Shown: positions 47,588-59,055, numbered from the stretch's first letter. The stretch: 64,000 bases of DNA from Haemophilus haemolyticus (GCA_018372995.1 JAHAHX010000001.1:37518-101517); one strand, 5' to 3'. Notes: generated by a model from the sequence alone, not told the origin. Made by a program: numbers and translations.

Positions 47588-48054
47588 TACAACGCATTTT
47601 CAAATAAACGTTGAACATTTTTGAGTAAATCGACAATTTTTGTGCCACGCGTTGGTGTGATAAAAATTGTGTCATCGCCTGCGATAGTGCCTAAGATGCC
47701 TTCTGATTTTCCAATTGAATCGAGTAAGCGAGCGATGAGTTGTGCCGCACCTGGAGAAGTCTTAATGACAATTAACATATCATTGTAATCAACGTCTAAT
47801 ACAAGATTTTTTAATGGACTGCTAGTATTAGGAACACTTAATTCACCCGGTAAGCAATAGACCATTTCCATTTTGGTATTACGGGTGCGAACAGCGCCAA
47901 ATTTGGTGAGCATTCTTGATATTTTTGATTGATTAATGCCTGTAAAGCCTTGTTTTTTTAAGGCATCGACAATCTCACTTTGAGAGCCAAAGCGTTCTTG
48001 ATTGAGTAATTCTTTAAAAGCGCGAGTTAAATTATCAGCCATTTTATATTTCAA
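47587..48054 (-). CDS. argR: Arginine repressor
   Basis: 155 aa with winged-helix [20 protein letters not shown] and a C-terminal oligomerisation/arginine-binding domain ([10 protein letters not shown]). A 1-nt overlap TAATG joins it to yfcH. Confidence 0.9.
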   Translation of the reverse strand: MKYKMADNLTRAFKELLNQERFGSQSEIVDALKKQGFTGINQSKISRMLTKFGAVRTRNTKMEMVYCLPGELSVPNTSSPLKNLVLDVDYNDMLIVIKTSPGAAQLIARLLDSIGKSEGILGTIAGDDTIFITPTRGTKIVDLLKNVQRLFENAL

Positions 48055-48063
48055 TAGTTAAAA

Positions 48064-48096
48064 ATTTGCATAAGAATTGCATAAAAATTCATTTTC
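48064..48096. promoter_or_regulatory. Putative tandem ARG boxes (ArgR operator) in the argR-mdh divergent region
   Basis: TTTGCATAAGAATTGCATAAAAATTCATTTT resembles the ARG-box palindrome TGAATwwwwATTCA twice. Confidence 0.4.
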
Positions 48097-48146
48097 ATCA
48101 ACTTGAATGTGAATAAAAGCAAAGAGAAGGAAAAAATTACCTAAGA

Positions 48147-48168
48147 AATGTGAACTAGATCATAGAAT
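48147..48168. promoter_or_regulatory. Putative CRP site upstream of mdh
   Basis: aaTGTGAactagaTCATAga, versus the consensus TGTGA-N6-TCACA. Confidence 0.35.
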
Positions 48169-48248
48169 GATATTTCTCTGTTTGTAATTGTGAGATGAAA
48201 ATTTTAAAATCAGGTTATCTTAAATTAACTAACACATAAGGAGTATTT

Positions 48249-49184
48249 ATGAAAGTTGCAGTATTAGGCGCCGCAGGCGGTATTGGTCAAGCATTAGCGT
48301 TATTACTAAAACTTCAGTTGCCTGCTGGTTCAGATTTAGCATTATATGATATTGCCCCTGTTACCCCAGGTGTTGCAGTAGATGTGAGCCATATTCCAAC
48401 CGCAGTGAATGTGAAAGGTTTTTCTGGTGAAGATCCAACTCCAGCACTTGAAGGTGCGGATGTTGTATTAATTTCTGCTGGTGTTGCACGTAAACCTGGT
48501 ATGGACCGCTCTGATTTATTCAATATTAATGCAGGCATTGTTTGTGGTTTAATTGAAAAAGTCGCGGTTACTTGCCCGAAAGCTTGTGTTGGTATCATCA
48601 CTAACCCAGTAAATACTACCGTTGCGATTGCGGCTGAAGTATTGAAAAAAGCAGGCGTTTACGACAAACGTAAATTATTTGGTGTGACAACTTTAGACGT
48701 GTTACGTTCTGAAACTTTTGTGGCTGAATTAAAAGGTTTAAATGTTTCTCGTACTAGCGTTCCTGTTATTGGTGGTCACTCAGGTGTGACTATTCTTCCA
48801 TTACTTTCTCAGGTTCAATATGCTGAATGGAATGAAGATGAAATCGAACCATTAACAAAACGTATCCAAAATGCAGGTACAGAAGTGGTCAATGCAAAAG
48901 CGGGTGGCGGTTCTGCAACTCTTTCAATGGCGCAAGCTGCAGCGCGTTTTGCTCGTTCTTTAGTGAAAGGATTGAGTGGCGAGACAGTTGTTGAATGTAC
49001 TTATGTTGAAGGCGATGGCAAATATGCTCGTTTCTTCTCTCAACCAGTTCGTTTAGGTAAAGAAGGTGTAGAAGAAATTTTACCAATTGGTCCATTAAGC
49101 AATTTTGAACAACAAGCTCTAGAAAATATGTTGCCGACTTTACGTGCAGATATTGAATTAGGTGAAAAATTTATTAATGGTTAA
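48249..49184 (+). CDS. mdh: Malate dehydrogenase
   Basis: 311 aa with [20 protein letters not shown] and a catalytic loop with IGGHSG. Confidence 0.92.
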   Translation: MKVAVLGAAGGIGQALALLLKLQLPAGSDLALYDIAPVTPGVAVDVSHIPTAVNVKGFSGEDPTPALEGADVVLISAGVARKPGMDRSDLFNINAGIVCGLIEKVAVTCPKACVGIITNPVNTTVAIAAEVLKKAGVYDKRKLFGVTTLDVLRSETFVAELKGLNVSRTSVPVIGGHSGVTILPLLSQVQYAEWNEDEIEPLTKRIQNAGTEVVNAKAGGGSATLSMAQAAARFARSLVKGLSGETVVECTYVEGDGKYARFFSQPVRLGKEGVEEILPIGPLSNFEQQALENMLPTLRADIELGEKFING

Positions 49185-49195
49185 TCATTAAAAAA

Positions 49196-49222
49196 TGAGG
49201 GGAGCATTAGCTCCCTTTTTTA
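49196..49222 (+). terminator. Terminator of mdh
   Basis: ggggagc-atta-gctccc followed by TTTTTT. Confidence 0.65.
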
Positions 49223-49230
49223 TGTTTCGA

Positions 49231-49258
49231 TAAAAAAGCCACCAAATGGTGGCTTTTG
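49231..49258 (-). terminator. Terminator of lysS
   Basis: agccacc-aaat-ggtggct with a T-run on the minus strand. Confidence 0.65.
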
Positions 49259-49270
49259 TTTGTGTCTTTA

Positions 49271-50779
49271 TTATTTCTGACGCATTGCAGGGAATAAGAT
49301 AACATCACGAATTGACGGTGCATTTGCATAAAGCATTGCTAGACGGTCGATACCTAAACCTTCACCAGCTGTTGGTGGTAAGCCGTGTTCTAGCGCAACA
49401 ACAAAGTCTTCATCTTTAAACATCGCTTCATCATCACCCGCTTCTTTCGCAGCGACTTGTGCATCAAAACGTTCATTTTGGTCTTCCGCGTCATTTAACT
49501 CTGAGAAACCATTACCGATTTCACGACCACCGATAAATAGCTCAAAACGATCTGTTACATCTGGGTTTTCATCATTACGACGTGCAAGAGGCGAAATTTC
49601 CGCTGGGTGAGCCATTAAGAATGTTGGTTGAATTAGGTGATGTTCCGCTACTTCTTCAAAGATTGCATTCACAATGCTGCCTAAGCCCCAAGATTTTTGT
49701 ACTTCAATACCTAAGCGTTCTGCCGTGGCTTTTGCACGATCAAAGTCATATAAATCTTCTTTTACGATACCTTTGTCTGCACCATATTTAATCGTTGCAT
49801 CGTGTAACGTAATACGTTCGAATGGTTTACCAAAATCAAATTCGTATTCGCCGTATTTCACAATAGTGGTACCAAGAATATCAATTGCTAATTTACGAAG
49901 AAGTTCTTCGGTGTTATCCATTAAATCATGGTAGTCCGCATAAGCTTGGTAGTATTCAAGCATGGTAAATTCTGGATTATGACGAACAGAAACCCCTTCA
50001 TTACGGAAGTTGCGGTTTAATTCAAATACTCGTTCAAAGCCACCCACTACTAAGCGTTTTAAATAAAGTTCAGGTGCGATACGTAAATACATATCCACAT
50101 CTAATGCATTGTGATGAGTCACGAAAGGACGTGCAGATGCACCGCCTGGAATGACTTGTAACATTGGTGTTTCCACTTCCATAAAGCCTTTAGAAATGAA
50201 ATATTCACGAATACCCGCGACAACTTTAGAACGAATAATAAAAGTGCGGCGAGATTCTTCGTTAGAAATTAAATCTAAATAACGTTGGCGATAACGAACT
50301 TCTTGGTCGGTTAAACCATGGAATTTGTCTGGTAATGGGCGAAGTGCTTTAGTTAAAAGTTGAACTTCAGTGATTTTAACGGTGAGTTCATCTGTTTTTG
50401 TTTTAAATAAAGTGCCTTTAACGCCAATGATGTCGCCTAAATCCCAAGTACCAACGTCATCTTTATAAACTCCTTCAGGCAAATTGTCGCGTGCAACATA
50501 AAGCTGGATTTTACCGCTCATATCTTGAATGGTGATAAACGTCGCTTTACCCATTGCGCGGCGAGTCATAATACGGCCAGCAACTTGTACTTCAACGCCT
50601 TTCTCTTTTAAGATTTCACCGTCTTCTGCATCATATTGATTGTGCAAATCTTGTGCGAGAGCATCACGACGAAATTTGTTTGGAAATGCATTACCTTTTG
50701 CACGCAATGCGGCTAATTTTTCACGACGAACGAGCATTTCGCCATTGAGATCTAATTCTTTAACTTCTTGTTCTGACAT
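49271..50779 (-). CDS. lysS: Lysyl-tRNA synthetase
   Basis: The probable start is M18 of the listed ORF ([16 protein letters not shown]..), giving 502 aa. It has class II aaRS motifs. Confidence 0.9.
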   Translation of the reverse strand: MSEQEVKELDLNGEMLVRREKLAALRAKGNAFPNKFRRDALAQDLHNQYDAEDGEILKEKGVEVQVAGRIMTRRAMGKATFITIQDMSGKIQLYVARDNLPEGVYKDDVGTWDLGDIIGVKGTLFKTKTDELTVKITEVQLLTKALRPLPDKFHGLTDQEVRYRQRYLDLISNEESRRTFIIRSKVVAGIREYFISKGFMEVETPMLQVIPGGASARPFVTHHNALDVDMYLRIAPELYLKRLVVGGFERVFELNRNFRNEGVSVRHNPEFTMLEYYQAYADYHDLMDNTEELLRKLAIDILGTTIVKYGEYEFDFGKPFERITLHDATIKYGADKGIVKEDLYDFDRAKATAERLGIEVQKSWGLGSIVNAIFEEVAEHHLIQPTFLMAHPAEISPLARRNDENPDVTDRFELFIGGREIGNGFSELNDAEDQNERFDAQVAAKEAGDDEAMFKDEDFVVALEHGLPPTAGEGLGIDRLAMLYANAPSIRDVILFPAMRQK

Positions 50780-50891
50780 GTTGTTTACCTTTAATTTTAA
50801 CTTTAAAAATACCTTCAAAAATAACCGCATTTTGGGGTTATTTCTGATGATGGGATAAGTAATGCGTCTTTACTTATCCAGCAAATCATGC

Positions 50892-51990
50892 TTAAAGCCC
50901 AGCTTTTAAACTCGCTTCAATAAATCGATCTAAATCACCGTCTAATACGGCTTGGGTGTTACGGTTTTCCACGCCAGTCCGCAAATCTTTAATGCGTGAA
51001 TCGTCTAATACGTAAGAGCGAATTTGGCTTCCCCAACCAATGTCGGATTTATTATCTTCCATTGCTTGCTTATCCGCATTTTTCTTCTGTAATTCAAGCT
51101 CATACAATTTTGCTTTTAATTGTTTCATCGCTTGATCTTTGTTCTTGTGCTGTGAACGATCGTTCTGACATTGTACAACAATGCCACTTGGCATATGGGT
51201 AATTCGCACCGCACTTTCAGTTTTGTTTACGTGCTGACCACCTGCTCCCGATGCACGATAAACATCAATACGTAAATCAGCAGGATTGATTTCAATATCA
51301 ATATCGTCATCAATTTCAGGGTAGACAAATGCTGCGCTGAATGATGTATGACGACGGTTATTGGAATCAAATGGACTTTTACGCACTAAACGATGAATAC
51401 CAGTTTCTGTTCGTAACCAACCAAAGGCATATTCACCACTCACTTTAATCGTTGCCGATTTCAATCCAGCTACATCACCGTCAGATACTTCCATCAGTTC
51501 TGTTTTAAAACCTTTGCTTTCTGCCCAACGGAGATACATACGCAGTAACATTTCTGTCCAATCTTGAGCTTCCGTACCGCCAGAACCAGCTTGTAAGTCC
51601 ACATAGCAATCGCAAGCATCATGTTCGCCACTAAACATTCGACGGAACTCTAATTTTTCCAGTTGTTGTTCGAGTTCAGCTAATTCAGCTACCGCTTCAT
51701 TGAAGGTGTCTTCGTCTTCTGCTTCAATGGCAAGTTCTAACAACCCATCAACATCTTCTAAGCCTTGTTCTAAATTTTTGATGGTATTTACAACTTGTTC
51801 TAAAGAAACGCGTTCTTTACCAAGCGCTTGGGCTTTATCTGGATCATTCCAAACATCAGGCTGTTCTAATTCCGCATTGACTTCTTCTAAACGCTCAACT
51901 TTGGCATCGAAGTCAAAGATACCCCCGAAGCACCGAAGTGCGGTCGGTTAAGTCGGTGATTTTATTTTTTACAGGATTGATTTCAAACAT
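50892..51990 (-). CDS. prfB: Peptide chain release factor 2, expressed via programmed +1 ribosomal frameshift
   Basis: The 0-frame reads [25 protein letters not shown] then UGA. The recoding site is CTT TGA C (reverse complement of 51912-51918), with a GGGGG internal Shine-Dalgarno just upstream. The +1 frame continues [11 protein letters not shown]... to the GGQ-containing body, the listed ORF 50892..51743. Confidence 0.9.
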
Positions 51991-52122
51991 AATAAATTCA
52001 CTGTGTGATAAAGTGTGGAATTATATGCTATTTTCTGATTTTTGGATAGTTTGACCTTGCAGAAATTAGCAATCTCTCTATAATTTCAGACTTTCTTACT
52101 CAAGCTAATTTAGGAACAAAAA

Positions 52123-52812
52123 ATGAAGAAAATTCTTACCGCACTTTTGTGCGTGGCTGCGGCTAATGCAATGGCAAACGATGCCACGATTAAAAGCAAA
52201 TTACAGTCTCTTGGCGCATCAAATATTGATGTGAAATCCTCGCCAATTTCAGGCATCAAAACTGCCGTAACAGATCAAGGCGTACTTTATGTGACGGAAG
52301 ATGGAAAATATGCTTTCCAAGGTAAACTTTACGAACTCACAAATAATGGCCCTGTTGATGTCGCGGGTAAAATTTTAGTGGATAAACTTAATTCTTATAA
52401 AAACGAGATGATTGTTTATCCCGCAAAAAATGAAAAGCATGTTGTGACGGTATTTATGGATATTACTTGCCATTATTGCCATTTATTACATCAGCAATTA
52501 AAAGAATATAATGATCTTGGTATTACCGTGCGTTATTTGGCTTTCCCTCGTGCGGGCATGAATAACCAAACTGCACAACAAATGGAAGCTATTTGGACGG
52601 CTAAAGATCCTGTTTTTGCTTTAAATGAAGCAGAAAAAGGCAATTTACCGAAAGAAGTTAAAACCCCAAATGTTGTGAAAAAACATTATGAATTAGGCGC
52701 ACAATTTGGCGTAAATGGCACGCCAAGTATTGTTACCTCAACTGGTGAGCTTATTGGCGGTTATTTAAAACCAGCTGATTTATTGAGCGCACTTGAAGAA
52801 ACAACAAAATAA
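52123..52812 (+). CDS. dsbC: Thiol:disulfide interchange protein DsbC
   Basis: 229 aa with a signal peptide and CHYC active site (DITCHYCHLLH). Confidence 0.85.
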   Translation: MKKILTALLCVAAANAMANDATIKSKLQSLGASNIDVKSSPISGIKTAVTDQGVLYVTEDGKYAFQGKLYELTNNGPVDVAGKILVDKLNSYKNEMIVYPAKNEKHVVTVFMDITCHYCHLLHQQLKEYNDLGITVRYLAFPRAGMNNQTAQQMEAIWTAKDPVFALNEAEKGNLPKEVKTPNVVKKHYELGAQFGVNGTPSIVTSTGELIGGYLKPADLLSALEETTK

Positions 52813-52835
52813 TCCTAGCGATATTCATATTTATA

Positions 52836-52860
52836 AGGGCATATCTTATATGCCCTTTGA
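52836..52860 (+). terminator. Hairpin between dsbC and recJ
   Basis: aagggcata-tctta-tatgccctt, a 9-bp stem with a weak T tract. Confidence 0.4.
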
Positions 52861-52887
52861 ATGTGATAAATTAAAACAAAATACACC

Positions 52888-54546
52888 GTGAAAAAACTTA
52901 TCAAACGCCGTGAAATTCCAATTGGAAATTCTGTTTCAAACCATCCGTTATTAGATCGCCTTTATCGCGCACGCCATATTCAAAACACCGAAGAATTAGA
53001 CCGAACTTTAAAATCAATGCTGAACCCAAATCAGCTATATGGTATTGAGCAAGCCGTAAATTTATTAGTGGAAGCTTACCAACAACAGCAAAAAATAGTG
53101 ATTGTTGGGGATTTTGATGCTGATGGTGCAACCAGCACAGCATTGAGTGTGCTCGCTTTAAGACAACTTGGTTTTGCTGACGTGGATTATCTTGTACCAA
53201 ATCGATTTGAACAAGGTTATGGTTTGAGTATTCCTGTGGCTGAAATGGCGATTGAAAAGGGCGTTCAGCTATTAATGACGGTGGATAACGGCGTTTCATC
53301 TTTTGAAGGCGTTGCATTTTTGAAAGAAAAAGGTGTCAGTGTTTTAGTGACGGATCATCATTTACCTCCCGAAACTTTGCCGCCAGCTGATGCCATTGTT
53401 AATCCTAATTTAAGTCAGTGTGGTTTCCCTTCCAAATCCTTAGCGGGCGTTGGTGTTGCGTTTTATTTGATATTAGCCGTACGAGCAAAATTTCGTGAAC
53501 TCGGTATTTTTACTGCAGAAACACAACCTAATTTTACTGACTTGCTCGATCTAGTAGCATTGGGTACTGTCGCGGATGTGGTGCCTTTAGATCAAAATAA
53601 TCCAGAAGTGGCTAACCGTAATATTGAACAGTTTACTTCAAGTGATCTCAGTTTTTGTATCGGACCTCGTTTAAATGCAGCGGGGCGCTTAGACAATATG
53701 TCGATTGGGGTAGAGCTTTTACTGGCGGACGATATGCTAAAAGCCAGAGAATTCGCTTTAGATCTTGACCAACTCAACCAAACGCGTAAAGAAATTGAAG
53801 CAGGCATGAAGCTTGAGGCGCTAGAAATTTGCCAAAATCTCACCGCACTTTTTAAAGAATTACCTTCGGGTATCACACTTTATCAACCCGATTGGCATCA
53901 AGGTGTGTTGGGCATTGTGTCATCTCGGATTAAAGAGCAATATCATCGCCCTGTGGTTGCCTTCGCGAAAGATAGTGAGGGAATTTTGAAAGGTTCTGCG
54001 CGTTCTATTGAAGGCTTACATATGCGTGATGTTTTGGAGCGTATTCATTCGCAACATCCTAATATGATTTTAAAATTTGGTGGCCATGCGATGGCTGCAG
54101 GATTAAGCCTCCGAGAAGAACACTTTGACGATTTCCAACATATTTTTAATCAAACTGTTGCCGATTGGCTTGATGAAGAACATTTACAAGGCGTAATCTG
54201 GACCGATGGCGAATTAAATTCAAATGAATTTAATCTTGAAACGGCGGAACTGATAAAATCAGCAGGCCCTTGGGGACAAGCTTTCCCAGAGCCTTGTTTT
54301 GATGGTGAATTCAAAATTTTAGATCAGCGTGCAATTGGACAAAATCAAAATCATCTCAAAATGTTAGTGGAGCCAAAACAAGGTGGGCCTTTATTAGATG
54401 CGGTTGCGTTTAATATTGACACAAGATTGTATCCTGATCTTTCAATTAAACAGGCAAGATTTGCGTATAAATTAGATGTTAATGAGTTTCGTGGTAACCG
54501 AAATGTACAGCTTTTAGTGGAATATATTGAAGCGATTGATGAGTAA
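52888..54546 (+). CDS. recJ: Single-stranded-DNA-specific 5'-3' exonuclease RecJ
   Basis: 552 aa from a GTG start, with DHH motifs (VGDFDADGATS, VTDHH) and a DHHA1 domain. It is colinear with E. coli RecJ. Confidence 0.88.
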   Translation: MKKLIKRREIPIGNSVSNHPLLDRLYRARHIQNTEELDRTLKSMLNPNQLYGIEQAVNLLVEAYQQQQKIVIVGDFDADGATSTALSVLALRQLGFADVDYLVPNRFEQGYGLSIPVAEMAIEKGVQLLMTVDNGVSSFEGVAFLKEKGVSVLVTDHHLPPETLPPADAIVNPNLSQCGFPSKSLAGVGVAFYLILAVRAKFRELGIFTAETQPNFTDLLDLVALGTVADVVPLDQNNPEVANRNIEQFTSSDLSFCIGPRLNAAGRLDNMSIGVELLLADDMLKAREFALDLDQLNQTRKEIEAGMKLEALEICQNLTALFKELPSGITLYQPDWHQGVLGIVSSRIKEQYHRPVVAFAKDSEGILKGSARSIEGLHMRDVLERIHSQHPNMILKFGGHAMAAGLSLREEHFDDFQHIFNQTVADWLDEEHLQGVIWTDGELNSNEFNLETAELIKSAGPWGQAFPEPCFDGEFKILDQRAIGQNQNHLKMLVEPKQGGPLLDAVAFNIDTRLYPDLSIKQARFAYKLDVNEFRGNRNVQLLVEYIEAIDE

Positions 54547-55243
54547 TATTTTGAAATTTTATGGATTATTCGTATTAATTTTATTTGGGTTTACATCATC
54601 GGTTCTAGCCGAAGTAAATCAAAAAGAATTTTCTACTCAAAATCCACCGCACTTACCATCTTCTGATGTCATGCATTTTGAAGATGGGAGGGATTATTTT
54701 TCTTATCAAGAGCCTATTGAACAAGCGCCTAGAGCGGACAAAAAAATACGTATTCAATTCTTTTTTGATTACGACTGCCGCGTATGTTCATCAGCGCAAG
54801 ATATTTTAGAACTTTATAGTCAAATGCGTACAAATAAAGTTGCGTTGGAACAATATCCTATTGCAACTGCGGATAGTCAGTTTAGCGCACGCGTTTTTTA
54901 TACCTTGCAAGCACTAAGTGCGGGTGAATTATCTAATGTTTTATTGTTTGAAACTTCAGAAAAATCCCGTTATGCAGAGTTGTCTGCGACAAATAAAATT
55001 CAACAATGGGCGGAAGAACAAGCTCTAGATAAACAGTTATTTATTCAGGCTGAAAATTCAGAAAGAGTAAAAGAACAAATTCAAGATGCGATTGAATTGA
55101 CGGAAGAGTATGGTGTCTTTACCTATCCTTACGTTGTCATTGGGGGAAAATATGTACTCACGGCGAGCACGCTTTATAACGATGATTATAGCGTGGCGGT
55201 GTTAGATTTTTTGGTAAATAAAATAGAACAGGAACAAAAGTGA
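54527..55243 (+). CDS. Periplasmic thioredoxin-fold (DsbA-like) protein with CRVC motif
   Basis: 238 aa with a signal peptide (..[12 protein letters not shown]) and CXXC = CRVC embedded in [12 protein letters not shown]. It overlaps the recJ 3' end by 20 nt; an alternative start lies at 54539. Confidence 0.6.
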   Translation: MKRLMSNILKFYGLFVLILFGFTSSVLAEVNQKEFSTQNPPHLPSSDVMHFEDGRDYFSYQEPIEQAPRADKKIRIQFFFDYDCRVCSSAQDILELYSQMRTNKVALEQYPIATADSQFSARVFYTLQALSAGELSNVLLFETSEKSRYAELSATNKIQQWAEEQALDKQLFIQAENSERVKEQIQDAIELTEEYGVFTYPYVVIGGKYVLTASTLYNDDYSVAVLDFLVNKIEQEQK

Positions 55244-55932
55244 TGAAAATCGGAATTGTTGGCGCAATGGCGCAAGAAGTCGAAATTTTAAAAAATTTAA
55301 TGGCAGAGAGAACTGAAACTCGAGTAGCAAGTGCGGTAATTTTTGAAGGCAAAATTAATGGTAAAGATGTTGCATTATTGCAATCAGGTATTGGCAAAGT
55401 GGCCGCTGCAATTGGTACGACGGCATTGTTGCAATTAGCCAAACCAGATTTTGTGATCAATACTGGTTCTGCGGGTGGGGTAGCAAAAGGCTTGAAAGTG
55501 GGGGATATTGTGATTTCTGATGAAACACGCTACCACGATGCGGATGTGACAGCTTTTGGCTATGAAAAAGGGCAGTTACCCGCTAACCCCGCGGCATTTT
55601 TATCGGATAAAAAACTAGCTGACCTCGCTCAAGAAATTGCAGAAAAGCAAGGACAATCAGTAAAACGTGGTTTAATTTGCTCTGGCGATAGTTTTATTAA
55701 TAGTGAAGACAAAATTGCACAAATAAAAGCTGACTTCCCGAATGTGGCGGGGGTTGAAATGGAAGCCACAGCGATTGCACAAGTTTGCTATGCTTTTAAT
55801 GTGCCTTTTGTAGTGGTTCGAGCTATTTCGGATGGAGGAGATGGTGAAGCAAGTATGTCTTTTGAAGAGTTCTTACCGTTGGCTGCAAAACAGTCTTCGT
55901 CATTAGTATTAGGGATGATTGATAGACTGTAG
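55243..55932 (+). CDS. mtnN: 5'-methylthioadenosine/S-adenosylhomocysteine nucleosidase
   Basis: [16 protein letters not shown] matches the E. coli Pfs N-terminus (the listed ORF starts one codon earlier). Confidence 0.88.
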   Translation: MKIGIVGAMAQEVEILKNLMAERTETRVASAVIFEGKINGKDVALLQSGIGKVAAAIGTTALLQLAKPDFVINTGSAGGVAKGLKVGDIVISDETRYHDADVTAFGYEKGQLPANPAAFLSDKKLADLAQEIAEKQGQSVKRGLICSGDSFINSEDKIAQIKADFPNVAGVEMEATAIAQVCYAFNVPFVVVRAISDGGDGEASMSFEEFLPLAAKQSSSLVLGMIDRL

Positions 55933-55985
55933 TAATAATCTTTTAATAAGATAATAAATTCTAAAATTGAATTATAAACATTATT

Positions 55986-56020
55986 TAAAAAGGCATAGCT
56001 TATTAGCTATGCCTTTTTAT
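55986..56020. terminator. Bidirectional terminator between mtnN and the TonB-dependent receptor
   Basis: aggcatagct-tatt-agctatgcct, a 10-bp stem flanked by an A-run and a T-run. Confidence 0.7.
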
Positions 56021-56029
56021 ATGAGCCAA

Positions 56030-58882
56030 TTAGAATTTATAGTTCAAACTCAGAATATAAGTTCTTCCACGTGCAAAGTTATAAAGTACAGATTTATCTT
56101 TTCCCCCATCTTCACAAGTATTATTTTTACTACAAATTGAATCATTTAAGCTTGAATAATAGCGCTGTGAAGCAGCATCATTGCCTGAGTCTAAAGGATC
56201 AACATAACGTTTATCTAGTAGGTTTTGTACTTCAGCTTTGATAATTAAATCTTTAACAGGTTCATAACTTACATGCAAATCTAAAATAATCGGTTGTTTA
56301 TTAATTTCCTCTGTTTTCTTGATTGCATAATAAGTTCGTTCATGGCTCGTATTTAATTCAAATTGAGAACCGTTAATATAATCTTCTTGAATGGTTGCTC
56401 GTTTACTTTTCCCATAGTAACGTGCTGCGATACCAAGAGTTAATTTTTGATCAAACCAGCGAGATCCAAGTTCTAATCTTCCATAATCTTTAGGTAGCAT
56501 TGAGATACGGGATAGACCATAACCTTGTTTCAGAATATCCTCTTTTGACGCATTGTTAGGACGTGGACTCGCATCTGCATAATTGGTTGGTTGATTTGTT
56601 CGTTGGTATGCATAAGACAGATTTGCAAAGAAACGTCCCATGTCATAATTTACTTCTAATTCAACACCGCTCTTTTTCACAATTGGCTTATAATTTTGAT
56701 GAGCAATGGTAAATCTAAATCCATTCTCAGAAGCCCAGTCAGGAACAATGCCATCTCTCCACCATACACCATATACATTATGAATATAATTTTTGATAAA
56801 ACTACGATAGCCCACTAATTTTAAACCTAATACATCTTCTTTAGTGAAAACGCCTTTTTTATAGGTATTAAAACCAAGTTGATAAGTTTCAGCTCGCTCA
56901 GGTTTTAATCCCGTATTCACTCCAGCATCAGACACTTGAGAGAAAAACATCTCTTGAATATTCGGCATTCTGTGTGTTCGTGAATAAGTAAAAAATGGCA
57001 TAAAATAATCACTCAGTTCTGCACTTAATGTAGCAGAATGATTGAATGCTTTTTTATGACCTGATTTATGCAAAATCGGTTCATTAATTTGTGTTGGTGT
57101 ATTTTCGTAACCTACATACTCACCGTTAAATGCATAATGCGTAAAATTGACACTATAGTCTAAATGGTAAATTCCTTTAGAAAGTGCGGTATCAAAATAT
57201 ACTGTTTTAAATTTCTGCTTACCTGAAGGTTGTAAGATCACTGAACGTTGTGGCAGTAAATTACGACTACCTTTAAATCGTCCTAAATTACTGTAGTTAC
57301 CTTGATCATGTGAAGCATCATTATAAAATAAACTTAATTCTTCTGGAAAACGGTTTTTACTGTATTCGTTAGTAAAATAGTTAAACCCTAATGTGGTTTT
57401 TAAATCGATTTCTTTTGGCAATAAGAAGGTATAGCTGTTATTAATATCAATGATATTTGCCACATTTTTTGTGATAAGTTTATCTGCAACTTGCCAACCA
57501 GCAAAAAAGCCACCCTTAGGATAAATGGTTTTGCCAATGTTATGTGCTGCCATTAAATTAAGATCAAGATAGTTGTTATTATTGAAGTTATAATTGACTT
57601 GGTAATTACGGTTTTCAATTTTGCGAGAACCAATTTTATTATCCAATGTGCGTAGTTGAGCTCCTAGAGTATGGTGATCATCTCCATATTCAAATTTTAA
57701 CAAATGGCTACGTGAGCGAGATTGTAAGCTGCCTGGTTCAATAGGAGCGACACTATATTGATCTTTATTACGTTCAAATGATTTGTCAGTTTTTTCAATT
57801 CCATCATCACCTTTTTGGAGCTCTTCAATATCCTCAGGTTTTTTTCCTGCTCCTAATTGTTGTAGAATATTTTTTCTAGCTTGATTTTTATAAATATTTT
57901 TTACACTGGTCTCTGTTTCTTCAGGATCGTATATATTGGATTTTTCAATATGAGTAATACAATTTGAATCGGTCCATATTGTTTCTGTTTCTCCTGTTAA
58001 ATCATTAGAGCTTGTCGTTTTTTCTGTACTTCCATGAAATGTTGGATTAGGTGCATTGCAAGACCAATGGTTTTTGTTTAAATCAGGTGTCCACTGTCCA
58101 GCTGAATTTAAAACATAACCTGCATTGTGGAAATAGGCTTCTTTTTCTTTAGCAAGAATATCTTGTCCTAGCGAAGACAATCGTTCTCCTCCACCGATAC
58201 GATAATCTTGAGACACCTCACGTTGACTGTAACCATATACCACACCAACATAACCACCATTATCAAGCCATTTTCTGCCTGCAGCCATTGTCATAAAATT
58301 CGATTTAGTTGCATTGCTCCCCGTCATTCCTTTTACGATAAGCCCAAATGGTTTGTCATCAGTAATAACATCATTAACACCTAGCGTTCTAAAATTGGCA
58401 CTACCAGATAAGGTATTTACGCCATTAGAACCTGAAAAGTTACTTTTATTGACATCGACACCAGCAATGAAGTTAGGATCAAGCGATGCACCGAATTGAG
58501 AATTACCACCTGATTGACCTGAATCCATTGAGGTGGAATAGAAGGTTTGTGTAACCCCATCGACCATTGTATTGACACGACCTAACCCATTTTCGCCACG
58601 AATATTCACAGAAACTACGCCAGAGCCTTTATCTTGTTGAGTAAAAGCACCAGGGATACTTCGAATAACTTGATCGATAGTTTGGGTTTCTTTAAAAATA
58701 TGCTCTCGGGTGCTTTTTGCTTTCGCTTCCGTAAAAGGTTTTTTATCGTTGGCGACATTTTTTTCTACTACATCAATTTGATCTAATGTTTCTTCAGCTT
58801 TTGCATCAACGATAGAAACACTTAGGGTATTGATTAAGCAGAGTGTGATTAAATTTAATTTAATAACTTTCTTCATTATCAT
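56030..58882 (-). CDS. TonB-dependent outer-membrane receptor, heme/hemoglobin-utilisation type (Hup/Hgp-like)
   Basis: 950 aa with a signal peptide, TonB box ETLDQIDVV, plug and 22-strand barrel regions, and the terminal aromatic residue ...LNYKF. There are no CCAA tetranucleotide repeats in its 5' end. Confidence 0.8.
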   Translation of the reverse strand: MIMKKVIKLNLITLCLINTLSVSIVDAKAEETLDQIDVVEKNVANDKKPFTEAKAKSTREHIFKETQTIDQVIRSIPGAFTQQDKGSGVVSVNIRGENGLGRVNTMVDGVTQTFYSTSMDSGQSGGNSQFGASLDPNFIAGVDVNKSNFSGSNGVNTLSGSANFRTLGVNDVITDDKPFGLIVKGMTGSNATKSNFMTMAAGRKWLDNGGYVGVVYGYSQREVSQDYRIGGGERLSSLGQDILAKEKEAYFHNAGYVLNSAGQWTPDLNKNHWSCNAPNPTFHGSTEKTTSSNDLTGETETIWTDSNCITHIEKSNIYDPEETETSVKNIYKNQARKNILQQLGAGKKPEDIEELQKGDDGIEKTDKSFERNKDQYSVAPIEPGSLQSRSRSHLLKFEYGDDHHTLGAQLRTLDNKIGSRKIENRNYQVNYNFNNNNYLDLNLMAAHNIGKTIYPKGGFFAGWQVADKLITKNVANIIDINNSYTFLLPKEIDLKTTLGFNYFTNEYSKNRFPEELSLFYNDASHDQGNYSNLGRFKGSRNLLPQRSVILQPSGKQKFKTVYFDTALSKGIYHLDYSVNFTHYAFNGEYVGYENTPTQINEPILHKSGHKKAFNHSATLSAELSDYFMPFFTYSRTHRMPNIQEMFFSQVSDAGVNTGLKPERAETYQLGFNTYKKGVFTKEDVLGLKLVGYRSFIKNYIHNVYGVWWRDGIVPDWASENGFRFTIAHQNYKPIVKKSGVELEVNYDMGRFFANLSYAYQRTNQPTNYADASPRPNNASKEDILKQGYGLSRISMLPKDYGRLELGSRWFDQKLTLGIAARYYGKSKRATIQEDYINGSQFELNTSHERTYYAIKKTEEINKQPIILDLHVSYEPVKDLIIKAEVQNLLDKRYVDPLDSGNDAASQRYYSSLNDSICSKNNTCEDGGKDKSVLYNFARGRTYILSLNYKF

Positions 58883-58899
58883 ATCCTTTTGTTCTTGAG

Positions 58900-58922
58900 A
58901 AAGATTATCATTATTTCATTTT
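58900..58922 (-). promoter_or_regulatory. Fur box upstream of the TonB-dependent receptor
   Basis: GATTATCATTATTTCAT closely matches the Fur consensus GATAATGATAATCATTATC. Confidence 0.55.
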
Positions 58923-59055
58923 AACTAAAAAACTCAAGAGGTAATTTAATAAAATTAATGAAATAACAAAAAATAATGAAAAAAACTAATTTCAGATAAA
59001 GGTGGAAAAATGTCTTGATAGGGGAAAGAAAAAGGGGCATTTGCCCCTTTCTGCA

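Noticed and set aside
56030..58882. Phase-variable CCAA or other simple-sequence repeats in the TonB-dependent receptor
   Set aside because: I looked in the 5' coding region and the promoter and found no tetranucleotide repeat tract.
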